Positions 1-9,507 of a stretch of DNA of 39,374 bases are shown here, piece after piece. The first letter of the stretch is position 1; each line of letters opens with the position of its first letter. This DNA comes from a virus, in the UHGV virus genome UHGV-0391889. One strand, written 5' to 3'. The notes below the pieces were generated by a model, which had not been told where the DNA came from, ran no database searches, and saw only the letters and a program-made list of their open reading frames with translations. Position numbers and translations under genes: made by a program.

Positions 1-68
1 AACGTTTATGAAAATGCAGAAATAACGAGCAAATGGCATCATTCCTGCTTTTGTCAGGGAGATCTACC

Positions 69-623
69 ATGCTTATTGGCTATGTACGCGTATCAACAAA
101 TGACCAGAATACCGATCTACAACGTAATGCGTTGAACTGTGCAGGATGCGAGCTGATTTTTGAAGACAAGATAAGCGGTACAAAGTCCGAAAGGCCGGGA
201 CTGAAAAAACTGCTCAGGACATTATCGGCAGGTGACACTCTGGTTGTCTGGAAGCTGGATCGGCTGGGGCGTAGTATGCGGCATCTGGTCATTCTGGTTG
301 AGGAGTTGCGCGAACGTGGCGTTAATTTTCGCAGCCTGACGGATGCTATTGATACCAGCACACCGATGGGGCGTTTTTTCTTTCATGTGATGGGGGCCCT
401 GGCTGAAATGGAACGAGAACTGATTGTTGAACGAACAAAAGCTGGACTGGAAGCTGCTCGCGCACAGGGACGAATTGGTGGACGTCGTCCCAAACTTACA
501 CCAGAACAATGGGCGCAGGCCGGGCGACTAATTGCATCAGGAGTTCCTCGCCAGAAGGTGGCGATCATTTATGATGTTGGCGTATCGACTTTGTATAAGA
601 AGTTTCCGGTCGGAGATAAATGA
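69..623 (+). CDS. pin: Serine DNA invertase, Pin/Hin/Gin family
   Basis: Translation from the internal Met (MLIGYVRVSTNDQ...) has the resolvase N-terminal catalytic Ser motif and a C-terminal HTH; very close to my recollection of e14 PinE. Track ORF 33-623 trimmed to the conserved start. Confidence 0.9.
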   Translation: MLIGYVRVSTNDQNTDLQRNALNCAGCELIFEDKISGTKSERPGLKKLLRTLSAGDTLVVWKLDRLGRSMRHLVILVEELRERGVNFRSLTDAIDTSTPMGRFFFHVMGALAEMERELIVERTKAGLEAARAQGRIGGRRPKLTPEQWAQAGRLIASGVPRQKVAIIYDVGVSTLYKKFPVGDK

Positions 624-783
624 AACCGTAGCACGTCGTATGCAAGAACGTGCCACGGCTGGCTGATGGACGTTCGATAGCGCGAGTTTGAATGAAAATC
701 AGCCGGAGGTGATTTTACATAATTGTTGCGGAATCATTCAATATAGGGATTGCTTATTTCTGCCTGGATTGGTCTGAAATAGT

Positions 784-1018
784 CCCGAAATTTTCTCTAA
801 AAAACTCGAAAAAAATGGTAACTAATTGAATGCATTAATATGCAATGGTACGTGTTTGGGATTAAAAGATGAGCGTAATTTTGCTTAACAAATTAATTTA
901 AAAAGGGTTTCTTGTTTGTTGACGAAAACAGGAATCGTATTCGGTCTTTTTTTAATTGTATTTAAAATCAATTAGTTGCAAACGTCTCCCCGAAATTACT
1001 CGAAATTTACTCGAATTT
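784..1018. repeat. attP-like region with five arm-type direct repeats, consensus (A/C)nnCGAAAtT
   Basis: Copies at 784-794, 805-814, 988-997, 998-1007 and 1009-1018 in an AT-rich non-coding stretch just beyond the 3' end of int. Confidence 0.45.
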
Positions 1019-1084
1019 CTGTATTCCGGTCTTTTTTGGTTATATCACAACCAAAACACATTTAACAATCCATTTACGTTAAAA

Positions 1085-2161
1085 TCAGAGCAGTAAGTAC
1101 GTTTTTTCTCTCTCATCAAGATACATTTTTGTTGTCTTCTCCGATGTGTGGCCAAGTAGACGTTGAGCAAATTCTTCCCCACATGTTTCTTTGTACAATC
1201 GTCCAGCCAGGCTTCTGATCTCGTGAAAAGTTGGTGGGTTTTCACTGAACTGGATACCTGTTAATTTTCTGGCTGCGACAAATTTCTTTGTCAGGCCGTC
1301 CGGGTGAATGCTGCCGTCAGGGCTGTTTTTTCTAATCCCGGCACTGATTAGATAATCCCCCCTACTTACCATGCGGCACTGTTCAACTACTGTACCAAGT
1401 CGTAAACCAGCGACAGGAAGGCTGAGTGACAGGGGGATAGCAATCATCATTCCTGTCTTAATTTGCCTGATGTGGAGACGATCATCATAAATCTCACTGA
1501 ACCGCATATTTGTTATGTCTTCGCGACGTTGTCCTGTTACAAGGGCTAAGTCCATAGCTAATGGGAACCATGTCGGAAGTTGATCTGCTGCCTCCCTGAT
1601 GCAGTTGTATGTCTTTAGTTTCAGCCGTTCTCTTGTAACTACTATTTTCGGTGCTCTTGTTGGCGTTACTGGATTTTGAGATATACGTCCTTCAACAATG
1701 GCCTCGCGGAACATATCAGATAACACAGAACGCATTGATCCTGCCATCGTGTTTTTCCCTCCTTCAATCCACAAATCAAGAAACTCGGCAATATGGCGAG
1801 TGGTTATTTCTGTCAGTAAAACTCCTCCTAATTTTTCTTTTATTGTCTCCAGTTGATTTACCCGAATTTTATAAGTATTTCTGGACACTTTTCTCCTTAT
1901 AAGAATCGTTTTGTAACGTTCAATCCAGTCTGCCATAGTAAATGAGTCGAACCCTTTTAGTTTTTCAATTAAGGCAGCAGGAGAGTAGTTTTTGTATATA
2001 TAATGATTTGCTTCAATTGCCTGCGCTACTGCATCTCTTCTTGAAATTTTACCTAGTGTAAATTCTTCTTTCGTCAGAGGGTTGCGCCAGTAATATGCTT
2101 TGTCCCTCCTTCGATATGTTAAGTTTTTAGGCAAATTGGGATCGTATTTTTTCCGCTGCAT
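1085..2161 (-). CDS. int: Tyrosine integrase, lambda Int family
   Basis: 358 aa ORF; C-terminus carries the R...HxxR...Y catalytic signature ([16 protein letters not shown]); followed by xis and an attP-like region. Confidence 0.85.
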
Positions 2162-2408
2162 GTTTTAACTTCTCCAGTAACGGACTGTCTCTCCCTTGTC
2201 GCCCATTAGGCTGATGGTGTGTTATATCGGTATCAACCTTATTTGGGTTGATATAGAAAGCTTCCGGAACCACCCTGTAACTCCTCCCGTGTAGTTCAGG
2301 TGCAGGATAAATGTTTCCATTCCTTGCCCATCGTCTCAGCGTTGATATTGATGGTGGGTTATCCGGATATCTGAGTTTTCCCCACGTTTTGAGTGTCACA
2401 AGATTCAT
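2127..2408 (-). CDS. xis: Excisionase (Xis-like DNA-binding protein)
   Basis: Small basic protein overlapping the int start, with the lambda xis-int arrangement; start taken at the third codon, which has an AAGAGG RBS 7 nt upstream. Confidence 0.7.
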   Translation of the reverse strand: MNLVTLKTWGKLRYPDNPPSISTLRRWARNGNIYPAPELHGRSYRVVPEAFYINPNKVDTDITHHQPNGRQGRDSPLLEKLKHAAEKIRSQFA

Positions 2409-2514
2409 TGCCATACCTCTTACGATATGACCGCCAGTAAATATACAGAATACTGGCGGGTGTGGTTGATTTTTAATAATCAGCTATGAAGTTCTAATTT
2501 GTATATAATGCAAC

Positions 2515-2703
2515 TCACGAGGACAGAAGTTTCTCGCAATTAAAATTTATCAGCTTTACTTTCTGCTCTCTGGACACGCCTGCTTCTTTTTTCCCTGAGA
2601 GCATTTTTTCGCATTCTGATTTCGTTAATTTAGATTTTGAATATCTTGTCCAGTTAGTAGGAGTGCCACCTTCTTTTTCAATAGTGGCAGTTATTTTATA
2701 CAT
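2515..2703 (-). CDS. YdaC-like small protein of unknown function
   Basis: Start at MYKITAT with a GGAGG RBS 5 nt upstream; sits between xis and ralR as in Rac. Confidence 0.5.
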   Translation of the reverse strand: MYKITATIEKEGGTPTNWTRYSKSKLTKSECEKMLSGKKEAGVSREQKVKLINFNCEKLLSS

Positions 2704-2890
2704 GAACACCTCCATTATTATTTCCAGTAGTTCGTTTATTCCATCTTTCGAGTGCTTCTTTTTCACTTCCACCATAGCCAGTTCGGGATTCGCATCCGTT
2801 GCATTTTGCCCGGTAATATCCTGAAATTGCTTTCACCGTAACAGATGGACAACCACAAAACGGACATGGTTTAACATCGTCATATCTCAT
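2696..2890 (-). CDS. ralR: RalR (Lar) restriction-alleviation protein, also a type I toxin endonuclease
   Basis: 64 aa from MRYDDVKPCPFCGCPSVTVK..., matching recalled Rac RalR almost exactly; CxxC...CxxC zinc ribbon. Confidence 0.85.
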   Translation of the reverse strand: MRYDDVKPCPFCGCPSVTVKAISGYYRAKCNGCESRTGYGGSEKEALERWNKRTTGNNNGGVHV

Positions 2891-2946
2891 AATTTTTGTC
2901 ATAAAAACTGTCTCACGTTGGCGGTGCATTACACCGCCAGGCTGAA

Positions 2947-3756
2947 TTATTCTTCTGAATTATCGATTACACTGTATTCCCCGGTTAATACAGAGGAGTC
3001 TGCCGGATCGATTGTCAGTGGTTCCTTTTCATCCATTGATACTGCACGCTGGATTTCAATTGAGACAGGCAGGTATTTAAACAGGCGACGAATAGCCGTT
3101 TTTTTTGCCATTTCTTCCCAGTGAGTTACCCATGGCCCGTTATTACCAGCCTTACTCTGGCTGCGCACCAGTTCAATCTGTTTGCGCGTCATAACTTCAA
3201 ACTGAGTCCCTCCGTCTTTCAGTCTTGCGACAGCATAGACGTGGGTCACTGGTGCATCTTCGTTTTCTCCCGGGCGGTGTATTAACTTTTCATCAAGGCC
3301 AAATTCAAAACTAAACTCGTCACCTTCACGGACAACACGGGCTGACAGGCTGGCGATTTGACCAGAACGGCGAGCCAGATCAATCATGCCGCGATAACCA
3401 ATGATTAGCTGAACGTTCTTTTTACCGCTCTTTTCGTTTTTATTACCAAAAGGCAGTAAATATGCGTGGCCGAGGGCGCTACCTGGCTCAAGGCCGAGCT
3501 GTGAACACTGAACGATCGCACTGACAAAACTCATGGTGTCACAGTTTCCTAGCGCCGGAACCTTACGAATTTCTGTGGTGGCGATACGTATCATTCGTTC
3601 AGCCGTCATATGGCGTGGGAGAGCTGCTGCCAGTTGCTCTTTCATTGATGGCTGATTAATAAAGCTGATCACGTCGTTATTTTTTACTGCTGCTGGTGCA
3701 CGGTTTCCCTGGGTTTTTTGCAGATCGGCTTTTGCGATAGGTGGTTGCTTAGTCAT
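2947..3756 (-). CDS. recT: RecT single-strand annealing recombinase
   Basis: 269 aa from [16 protein letters not shown]..., matching recalled E. coli Rac RecT; AAGGAG RBS upstream; track ORF trimmed to this start. Confidence 0.95.
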   Translation of the reverse strand: MTKQPPIAKADLQKTQGNRAPAAVKNNDVISFINQPSMKEQLAAALPRHMTAERMIRIATTEIRKVPALGNCDTMSFVSAIVQCSQLGLEPGSALGHAYLLPFGNKNEKSGKKNVQLIIGYRGMIDLARRSGQIASLSARVVREGDEFSFEFGLDEKLIHRPGENEDAPVTHVYAVARLKDGGTQFEVMTRKQIELVRSQSKAGNNGPWVTHWEEMAKKTAIRRLFKYLPVSIEIQRAVSMDEKEPLTIDPADSSVLTGEYSVIDNSEE

Positions 3757-6382
3757 TTGCATACTCCTTAGCCCAGCGGGGCAGTGATAACGTTTTAATA
3801 GCTGGCCATTCATCGGTATTCAGGCAGTCAGCCAGGGTCCTCAGATTGCGGTGATATTCCTGCTGGCCTGCCAGTTTTGCTTCTTCGCCCATCATGAAAA
3901 TCTCAACCGGGTAACGTCCGCATTCAACAGTTGTGCTGGCAACCAGAAAAACGAAAGTTGGCAGCACGCCAAACTGTGCTTCATAACCGTCACTGTAGAA
4001 TGCATCCTGAACGTGATAGCGGTAGTCGTAATAAGCCGTTTTGAATCGTTGAATATCCGCTGTGGTTTTCACGTCCATGATCCAGTGAAATTCAGGAATA
4101 ATTTTGTCCGGACGGCACCGACACAAAATTCCTGTTTCCGGATCTTCCCAGTAAATTGATGATTCAGCGTGTCCGGCGCTTTCAACAAGCCATTGCCCCA
4201 GCGGCAAAGCCATAACGCTTTGATACATGAGTTCAATTTTCCGGCCTTCTTCCGCAGTGATAACCGTTTTTCCTGTGCTTGCGCATTCCATCAGAAACGC
4301 TTTCTCTTCTTCTTTTCCGGCGTTTGTACGGCGGTTAAATTCAGGTGCTACGATAAAGCGGTTACTGAATTCTTCCGGTTCAAGTACCCGGCAGTGGAAA
4401 GCGGTTCCTAAATCGAGCGTTTTTGTCTTTGTAGTGTCCACGGGGGCATTTTTACGCCACAAATACAGTGCCGGAGTATCAGCAATGTCATCGAGCTGAG
4501 ACTTACTGACACCGGGACCCGCGTGGTAATTCTCATTCGAAATTCCGTAATAAATACCTGGCTCTATGTCTTCTACGATTACGGGATCTGCGACTTCGCC
4601 AGTTTCATCACTGCAATCGCGATGCGGATCGCTGCCAGCATTCTCATTGTGCGGATGTTCAGCGCCTTCCATTTCCTCCGGATCTTTTTCCTTAGCTTCA
4701 ACCTGATTCTCTTCACCGAATGTTTCCTGGTATGTTGCGTCGCCCATCACCGCACCACAGTCAGGGCAGTTATCCCCGCCAGTCTGACCGCAGGCATTGC
4801 AGACTATTTCCGGTTCCTGTTGCACTACTGGCTCAGGTTGTTTCGCATCCGGGCTGATTTTTTCCGTTTCTGGCTGGTTCTGGTACACAGAATCGCGAGT
4901 CTGGATCCCCTTAACCCATTTCGGATCGTTCGGGTCGCTAATCCCTTCAACAAATTCTCCGCGAGAGGCAGCCAGTAATTTGTCTGCATCGACAGGATTT
5001 TTGGGCGGAATGTTTTTCCGGGCTTCATGGAGTTCTGCCCGCAGTTTCTGATATTTCGCATCAACAGAATTTACCTGTGACTGAGCATCCAGCGACTGCG
5101 TGTCCTGATGATGTTCAGTTGCATCCGGTTCCACTGTTTCAGCCGTTGCCTGTTCATCTGCCATTGCGCAAGATGGTTGCAGTTTTTCTTCATCATCCTG
5201 TTTTTCTTCTTCTGTTACACGCTGCGGCATCGGGGCAGAGGAACGACCGCAGGCAATATCCACGATTTCTGGATCAGGGTTGGCATGATCAGTTTCAGTC
5301 AGTACTTTGTTCAGATATTCAGTGACGTGTGCGGGGATAACCTCGATCCCAATTGGTGCTTCTTTTACGGACGCAACCACGATGGCGCGGGAATAATCCA
5401 GCCCACCAGGCATGGTGATGAATTTGTCGCGGAAAACAGAAAAGGGTGGTTTATTTTCAGCGATAATTTCCTCGACACGTTTAGCGTGTGCCGGATGAAG
5501 GTTATAAATGTCCACGTCCATTGAACGAGCCAGTACGCCAGTGGCTACGTCGCGCGCCAGTGACGTCAGATCGTGAACGAAACCTTCGCCGCGATCGGTG
5601 AGGTTCCCGCCGCCAGCATTAGCGCCGGAAGCCGTGCGCGTGATGCGTGAAACACGATTTCCTTTCATCCACTCTTTTGTCAGCAGACCGCGATCGGTGT
5701 AGTCTGCGTCCAGGTATGCTTCGAAAAAAGCAGTCATCAGCCCCAGGCTTGAATTGCCTGGATTAGGGAAAACTCTGTCAGTATCACGCACCAGTTTGTG
5801 GAGATCGCGAATTTCCAGCGGGTCGAGCAGGCTGGTTTTGTGGGAAACAGCCAGGGCAGTAACAGCTGGTAGTTCTTCAGCTCGTGCAATGTGTAATGCC
5901 TGTAGTTCGTCGCGTGAAACGTGCGTTACCGGTTTTTCGCTGCCGTGTTGAGCAAGCCAGCGAATGGGCAGCTCCTGACCGGAAATCGGGAGTAGCATAT
6001 TCTCCTCAATCTCCGTCATGTCTTCGCCATTAACATTGGTATTGTCAGTGCTGGCTGGTTTGTCCTGCGCAGAGGATGAGGGCGCGATAAATACCATTGT
6101 GATGCCATCTTCCCCGCCTTTTTCGTAACGGTTGCAGAATTCCGTATCAAATACGCCTTCTGGTGGAAGGTCATCAACAACGGGCAAATTGACGCGAACA
6201 GGTTTTTTAAAGTCATCTTCATCGTAGCCAGCATCGTCAATCGCAACAGCACCACGGGAGATGGCAATGGATAATTTTTTCGCTTCAGCCCAGTAAAAAC
6301 CGCCTTTAATACCGAGACGTTTTCTTACTTTGTCATTTTTTGCTTCGTAATACAGTGGGTAAACTTGTTTATCGGTGCTCAT
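3749..6382 (-). CDS. recE: RecE exonuclease VIII
   Basis: 877 aa; the C-terminal ~750 aa match recalled Rac RecE ([27 protein letters not shown]...[10 protein letters not shown]); the N-terminal ~100 aa look divergent. Confidence 0.9.
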   Translation of the reverse strand: MSTDKQVYPLYYEAKNDKVRKRLGIKGGFYWAEAKKLSIAISRGAVAIDDAGYDEDDFKKPVRVNLPVVDDLPPEGVFDTEFCNRYEKGGEDGITMVFIAPSSSAQDKPASTDNTNVNGEDMTEIEENMLLPISGQELPIRWLAQHGSEKPVTHVSRDELQALHIARAEELPAVTALAVSHKTSLLDPLEIRDLHKLVRDTDRVFPNPGNSSLGLMTAFFEAYLDADYTDRGLLTKEWMKGNRVSRITRTASGANAGGGNLTDRGEGFVHDLTSLARDVATGVLARSMDVDIYNLHPAHAKRVEEIIAENKPPFSVFRDKFITMPGGLDYSRAIVVASVKEAPIGIEVIPAHVTEYLNKVLTETDHANPDPEIVDIACGRSSAPMPQRVTEEEKQDDEEKLQPSCAMADEQATAETVEPDATEHHQDTQSLDAQSQVNSVDAKYQKLRAELHEARKNIPPKNPVDADKLLAASRGEFVEGISDPNDPKWVKGIQTRDSVYQNQPETEKISPDAKQPEPVVQQEPEIVCNACGQTGGDNCPDCGAVMGDATYQETFGEENQVEAKEKDPEEMEGAEHPHNENAGSDPHRDCSDETGEVADPVIVEDIEPGIYYGISNENYHAGPGVSKSQLDDIADTPALYLWRKNAPVDTTKTKTLDLGTAFHCRVLEPEEFSNRFIVAPEFNRRTNAGKEEEKAFLMECASTGKTVITAEEGRKIELMYQSVMALPLGQWLVESAGHAESSIYWEDPETGILCRCRPDKIIPEFHWIMDVKTTADIQRFKTAYYDYRYHVQDAFYSDGYEAQFGVLPTFVFLVASTTVECGRYPVEIFMMGEEAKLAGQQEYHRNLRTLADCLNTDEWPAIKTLSLPRWAKEYAND

Positions 6383-6482
6383 TGTTTTTTAACCTCAACT
6401 CAGATTAAAATTCGTTTGTTCAGTGAATAATCTTGCCGGATACACACTGTTCATAGCCTGCGCCATACGCAGGCTATTTCTT

Positions 6483-6758
6483 TCAGATTTCACCTTTTAA
6501 TTTCATTGCAATCAGAGTTGCCAGAAATTCGGCTTTTTTTTCTGCGGGCAGATTCTTTCCGATATGCACCAGGCACATTTTTTTGACGCCTTCGTTAAGT
6601 GTTTTAACGTTGCCTGATGGACCGTCGATATCAACCACAGTGAAAGGGGTTTCTTTATTTTCTGTTTTAATCACGTAGCCAATACGCTTTCCTTCCAGGC
6701 TGACTTCGTGAACAATGTCATCAGTAGTAACAACAGTGGCTTCATAACTGGTAATCAT
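6483..6758 (-). CDS. racC: RacC-like protein
   Basis: 91 aa from MITSYEATVVTTDDIVHEV..., matching recalled Rac RacC; track ORF trimmed. Confidence 0.8.
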   Translation of the reverse strand: MITSYEATVVTTDDIVHEVSLEGKRIGYVIKTENKETPFTVVDIDGPSGNVKTLNEGVKKMCLVHIGKNLPAEKKAEFLATLIAMKLKGEI

Positions 6759-6832
6759 GTTTTTCTCCTTAATTAAGGTTGAGCGAATCCCTGCCATTGC
6801 TGGCATAAATTCAGTTTCGGATAGTCAGTTAA

Positions 6833-7003
6833 TTAAAGTTCGTGTGCCATCTGGTCTTTTTCGGCACAATTTTCACTACAATATTTTTTCATTTCCGTCG
6901 TTGGGATAACTCCACGCATGAAATGAAGTGGTCTTTTAATGCTTTTGCTTTCTTCAATTCCTTTATTGCAAAGGTGGTAAGCACATTTTATTTTCTTAGT
7001 CAT
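6833..7003 (-). CDS. YdaE-like small zinc-ribbon protein (56 aa)
   Basis: Hand translation of the minus strand gives [56 protein letters not shown]; below the 60 aa cutoff so absent from the track; same position as ydaE in Rac. Confidence 0.55.
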   Translation of the reverse strand: MTKKIKCAYHLCNKGIEESKSIKRPLHFMRGVIPTTEMKKYCSENCAEKDQMAHEL

Positions 7004-7224
7004 CACCATGACTCCGCCTTTACAGGTAAACCATCACGACCGAGGAAGACTTTAATCATGCAGTCAGAAATGCATGTTTTTGTAGTCAGGTTACGAATAT
7101 AAAGTTTTCGCTTTTTAATATTGTTTGCCGAGGCGATATATGTCCGACCTTCATGAAGAACATAATCGCCAGGAGTCACACACTGACGTGGTATTTCATC
7201 AGTTCCGAAGTGATGAGCAATCAT
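7003..7224 (-). CDS. kilR: KilR-like FtsZ-targeting cell-division inhibitor
   Basis: 73 aa from [29 protein letters not shown]..., close to recalled Rac KilR. Confidence 0.85.
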   Translation of the reverse strand: MIAHHFGTDEIPRQCVTPGDYVLHEGRTYIASANNIKKRKLYIRNLTTKTCISDCMIKVFLGRDGLPVKAESW

Positions 7225-7559
7225 AATTATCTCCATTTTTACAAATGAATTTTGTCGATGCGGTGCCTGGTGCCTCCAGGTGACGTTAACCAGTTAACAA
7301 TTAACGCCGGATACAGAGAATCCACCCATAACACTGTTTTTAGCTTTAACTGTTCCGCGTGCGCTTAGCCGCATTCACCGCATCACAAAATTCACTTTAA
7401 AAAGGGCGGACATCAGCCAAACTTCAAGAAAAAACTGATGCCGCCAGGACTACACACAGCAATGTCGTTATTTACAACCGGAGGCGCACTCCCACCATTT
7501 AAATTTAACAGACAAGACCGACTCTTTATGGATACCGGAAATGCGCCTTCGTGTTGTGC

Positions 7560-7600
7560 GCCTGTCTTTTTACCACTTCAGGCTCGGTGGTATACTGGAG
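7560..7600 (+). promoter_or_regulatory. Candidate promoter with extended -10 (TGGTATACT)
   Basis: TGG at 7588-7590 plus TATACT at 7591-7596, about 35 nt upstream of the ORF starting at 7631. Confidence 0.35.
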
Positions 7601-7630
7601 TTCTCACACAACCAGTAATAAGGTATTCCT

Positions 7631-7825
7631 ATGGATAATAAAGACAAAGCCTGGCTACTTGCTTTAGCTTTCAGCATCAGATCGCAGCGAGAAACAACTC
7701 ATCAAGAATTTTTCTCGGAAATCGAGAATGCTGAGAATGAGTTTTTGTCATTACTCAATGAACGTGATGCTAAAAAAAGCGCCGATTCACTTAAGGCTTG
7801 GGCGAAACTAGGCTCTTCAAAATAA
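7631..7825 (+). CDS. Hypothetical small protein (64 aa)
   Basis: ORF directly downstream of the extended -10 promoter; no recognisable family; weak RBS. Confidence 0.3.
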   Translation: MDNKDKAWLLALAFSIRSQRETTHQEFFSEIENAENEFLSLLNERDAKKSADSLKAWAKLGSSK

Positions 7826-8009
7826 TTGCTTCTGTAGCGGCATGAACAACTGTTTTTGCCGCCTCTTCAACTTCCTTGTCTGGACGACCAGCCTTTACTT
7901 TTTCTGCAATGACCTCCAGCACAGTTGGAAGAACCTTGCTAATAAGCATGGCTGCCACATCTTTGCTGCACAATTGACCGTTAATAACAACCAGATCTTC
8001 ACCAACCAT
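7791..8009 (-). CDS. Hypothetical protein (72 aa from MVGEDLVV...)
   Basis: Internal ATG with an AAGGGGA RBS 7 nt upstream; lies downstream of the repressor gene; no family assignment. Confidence 0.4.
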   Translation of the reverse strand: MVGEDLVVINGQLCSKDVAAMLISKVLPTVLEVIAEKVKAGRPDKEVEEAAKTVVHAATEAIILKSLVSPKP

Positions 8010-8254
8010 CTTTTTTCCCCTTAACGCCGGGTGGCGGAACGTTTTATCTACTGCGCTTTGTATCAATCAACAACTGCCGTCATGTTCGTATGCCTCAGGC
8101 TGGCTACTTAGCCCTGTTCAGTGGCTGGATAACTCGAGGTATTGTCCAGCCGTTCTCTGGTGGGGCGTTGTTTGGATATGGCAAATGCTCACATATCGTG
8201 AGTGATTTGTCAACTCAATATGTGAGCACTGTTGTTTTTGGATTTTTGATGGAC

Positions 8255-8288
8255 AAAAAAAGCCCTCGCTAATAGCGAGAGCTTTTTG
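8255..8288. terminator. Bidirectional rho-independent terminator
   Basis: Stem AGCCCTCGCT / AGCGAGAGCT with an A-run on one side and a T-run on the other, just downstream of the repressor stop. Confidence 0.5.
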
Positions 8289-8313
8289 ATTGGAATCGAG
8301 GGAGATTAAAGGT

Positions 8314-8703
8314 TTAGGAGGATTTTTTCTGTTGCCTGCTTCTTAGATATTTTTCCACATACTCATCAAGCTCTTGAAGACGGATTTCGAACAGATCAAT
8401 CATGCGTGCTTGTTCTGATCCCGGGAGCTGATTAAACAGCTCTAGCATTTTTTTCTGGTTATCATTTAACCATGAGTACGTGTTTTCCTGTTCACCGAAC
8501 ATTAATTCTGCGGGGGAAATGCCTAGTACTTGGCCGAGGATGATCGCATCCTCAGCCCCCACACTCCTGGTGCCAGCTTCGTAGTTAGCAATACGAGAAG
8601 AACCTGACCAACCACATAGTTTTGCCAGGTTTCCCATACTTAATCCTCGATTTAGGCGAGTGGCTTTTAGGCGCTCGCCTATTTGTTCTGCAATCGTTTT
8701 CAT
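8314..8703 (-). CDS. CI-like phage repressor, HTH XRE family
   Basis: 129 aa from MKTIAEQIGERLK...; HTH segment LSMGNLAKLCGWSGSSRIANYE; divergent from a Cro-like gene; the longer track ORF 8314-8808 would run across the operator region. Confidence 0.8.
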   Translation of the reverse strand: MKTIAEQIGERLKATRLNRGLSMGNLAKLCGWSGSSRIANYEAGTRSVGAEDAIILGQVLGISPAELMFGEQENTYSWLNDNQKKMLELFNQLPGSEQARMIDLFEIRLQELDEYVEKYLRSRQQKKSS

Positions 8704-8797
8704 AGTTCCGATTTTATCACGATGTGTGAAATTGGCGGTACTCACGTATCTGTAGTTGATCTCGCTCACGAAATGTGAATAATAGAGACAGGAGGTA
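8704..8797. promoter_or_regulatory. Divergent immunity-region promoters with three operator-like TCAC-N5-GTGA sites
   Basis: TCACgatgtGTGA at 8717-8729, TCACgtatcTGTA at 8742-8754, TCACgaaatGTGA at 8766-8778, spaced about 24-25 bp, between the repressor and cro-like starts. Confidence 0.55.
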
Positions 8798-9043
8798 ATG
8801 ATGAACAAAATTTCAACATATCGAAAACAGCTTGGGTTGTCTCAAAGACAACTTGCTGTTCAGTTAGGGTGGATACAAAGCCGACTGGCAAATTACGAAG
8901 CAAATTTTCGTACTCCTGGGCTAGAAGAGTGCAGAAAAATTGTTTCCACCCTTAATCGGCTTGGTGCTCATTGTGGACTTGACGATGTATTCCCCCCAGA
9001 CGGTAAGCATAGCGAAAACAGCATAGGAGCGGTTGATTCATGA
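8798..9043 (+). CDS. Cro/YdaS-like HTH regulator
   Basis: 81 aa with HTH (LGLSQRQLAVQLGWIQSRLANYE); GGAGG RBS; divergent from the repressor. Confidence 0.7.
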   Translation: MMNKISTYRKQLGLSQRQLAVQLGWIQSRLANYEANFRTPGLEECRKIVSTLNRLGAHCGLDDVFPPDGKHSENSIGAVDS

Positions 9044-9462
9044 AAATCAGGCATGAGCATATCGAATCAGTGTTGTTGGCCCTGGCAGCCGAAAAAGGGC
9101 AGGCGTGGGTCGCTAACGCAATTACTGAAGAATATCTGCGCCAGGGGGGCGGCGAATTGCCCCTTGTACCAGGCAAGGACTGGAACAATCAGCAGAATAT
9201 CTATCACCGTTGGTTGAAAGGTGAAACGAAAGCGCAAAGGGAAAAAATTCAGAAACTGATCCCTGCGGTTCTGGCAATTCTTCCGCGCGAGCTGCGTCAC
9301 CGACTCTGTATCTTCGATACCCTGGAACGCCGTGCATTACTGGCGGCGCAGGAAGCGTTGAGTACGGCAATTGATGCGCATGATGATGCAGTCCAGGCCG
9401 TTTACCGGAAAGCACATTTCAGCGGTGGTGGGTCGCCCGGCGATTCTGTCGTAGTGCATTGA
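9040..9462 (+). CDS. ydaT: YdaT-like protein (CII-like regulator / reported toxin)
   Basis: 140 aa, near-identical to recalled Rac YdaT (MKI.HEHIESVL.ALAAEKGQAWVANAITEEYLRQGGGELPLVPGKDW...). Confidence 0.8.
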   Translation: MKIRHEHIESVLLALAAEKGQAWVANAITEEYLRQGGGELPLVPGKDWNNQQNIYHRWLKGETKAQREKIQKLIPAVLAILPRELRHRLCIFDTLERRALLAAQEALSTAIDAHDDAVQAVYRKAHFSGGGSPGDSVVVH

Positions 9463-9507
9463 TTGAAATTAATCGTGCCGGATTGTTTTGTTCGGTATCA
9501 GTTAAAT

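Noticed and set aside
80-568. Three minus-strand ORFs (80-361, 222-509, 383-568) overlapping pin
   Set aside because: They are antisense to a well-supported invertase gene and have no RBS or recognisable protein features.
624-783. Possible mcrA-like or other cargo gene after pin, as in e14
   Set aside because: The interval between pin and the att-like repeats is too short and has no ORF of meaningful length.
3851-6267. Numerous track ORFs on either strand inside recE (for example 3851-4159, 4523-4978, 5108-5524, 6016-6267)
   Set aside because: All lie within the strongly supported recE coding sequence in other frames or antisense; low-complexity translations.
6842-7102. Plus-strand ORF of 86 aa
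   Set aside because: It is antisense to the ydaE-like and kilR genes; the minus-strand products have clear identities.
7438-7638. Plus-strand ORF of 66 aa
   Set aside because: It spans the candidate promoter region upstream of the 7631 ORF, has no RBS and a Pro/Gly-rich low-complexity translation.
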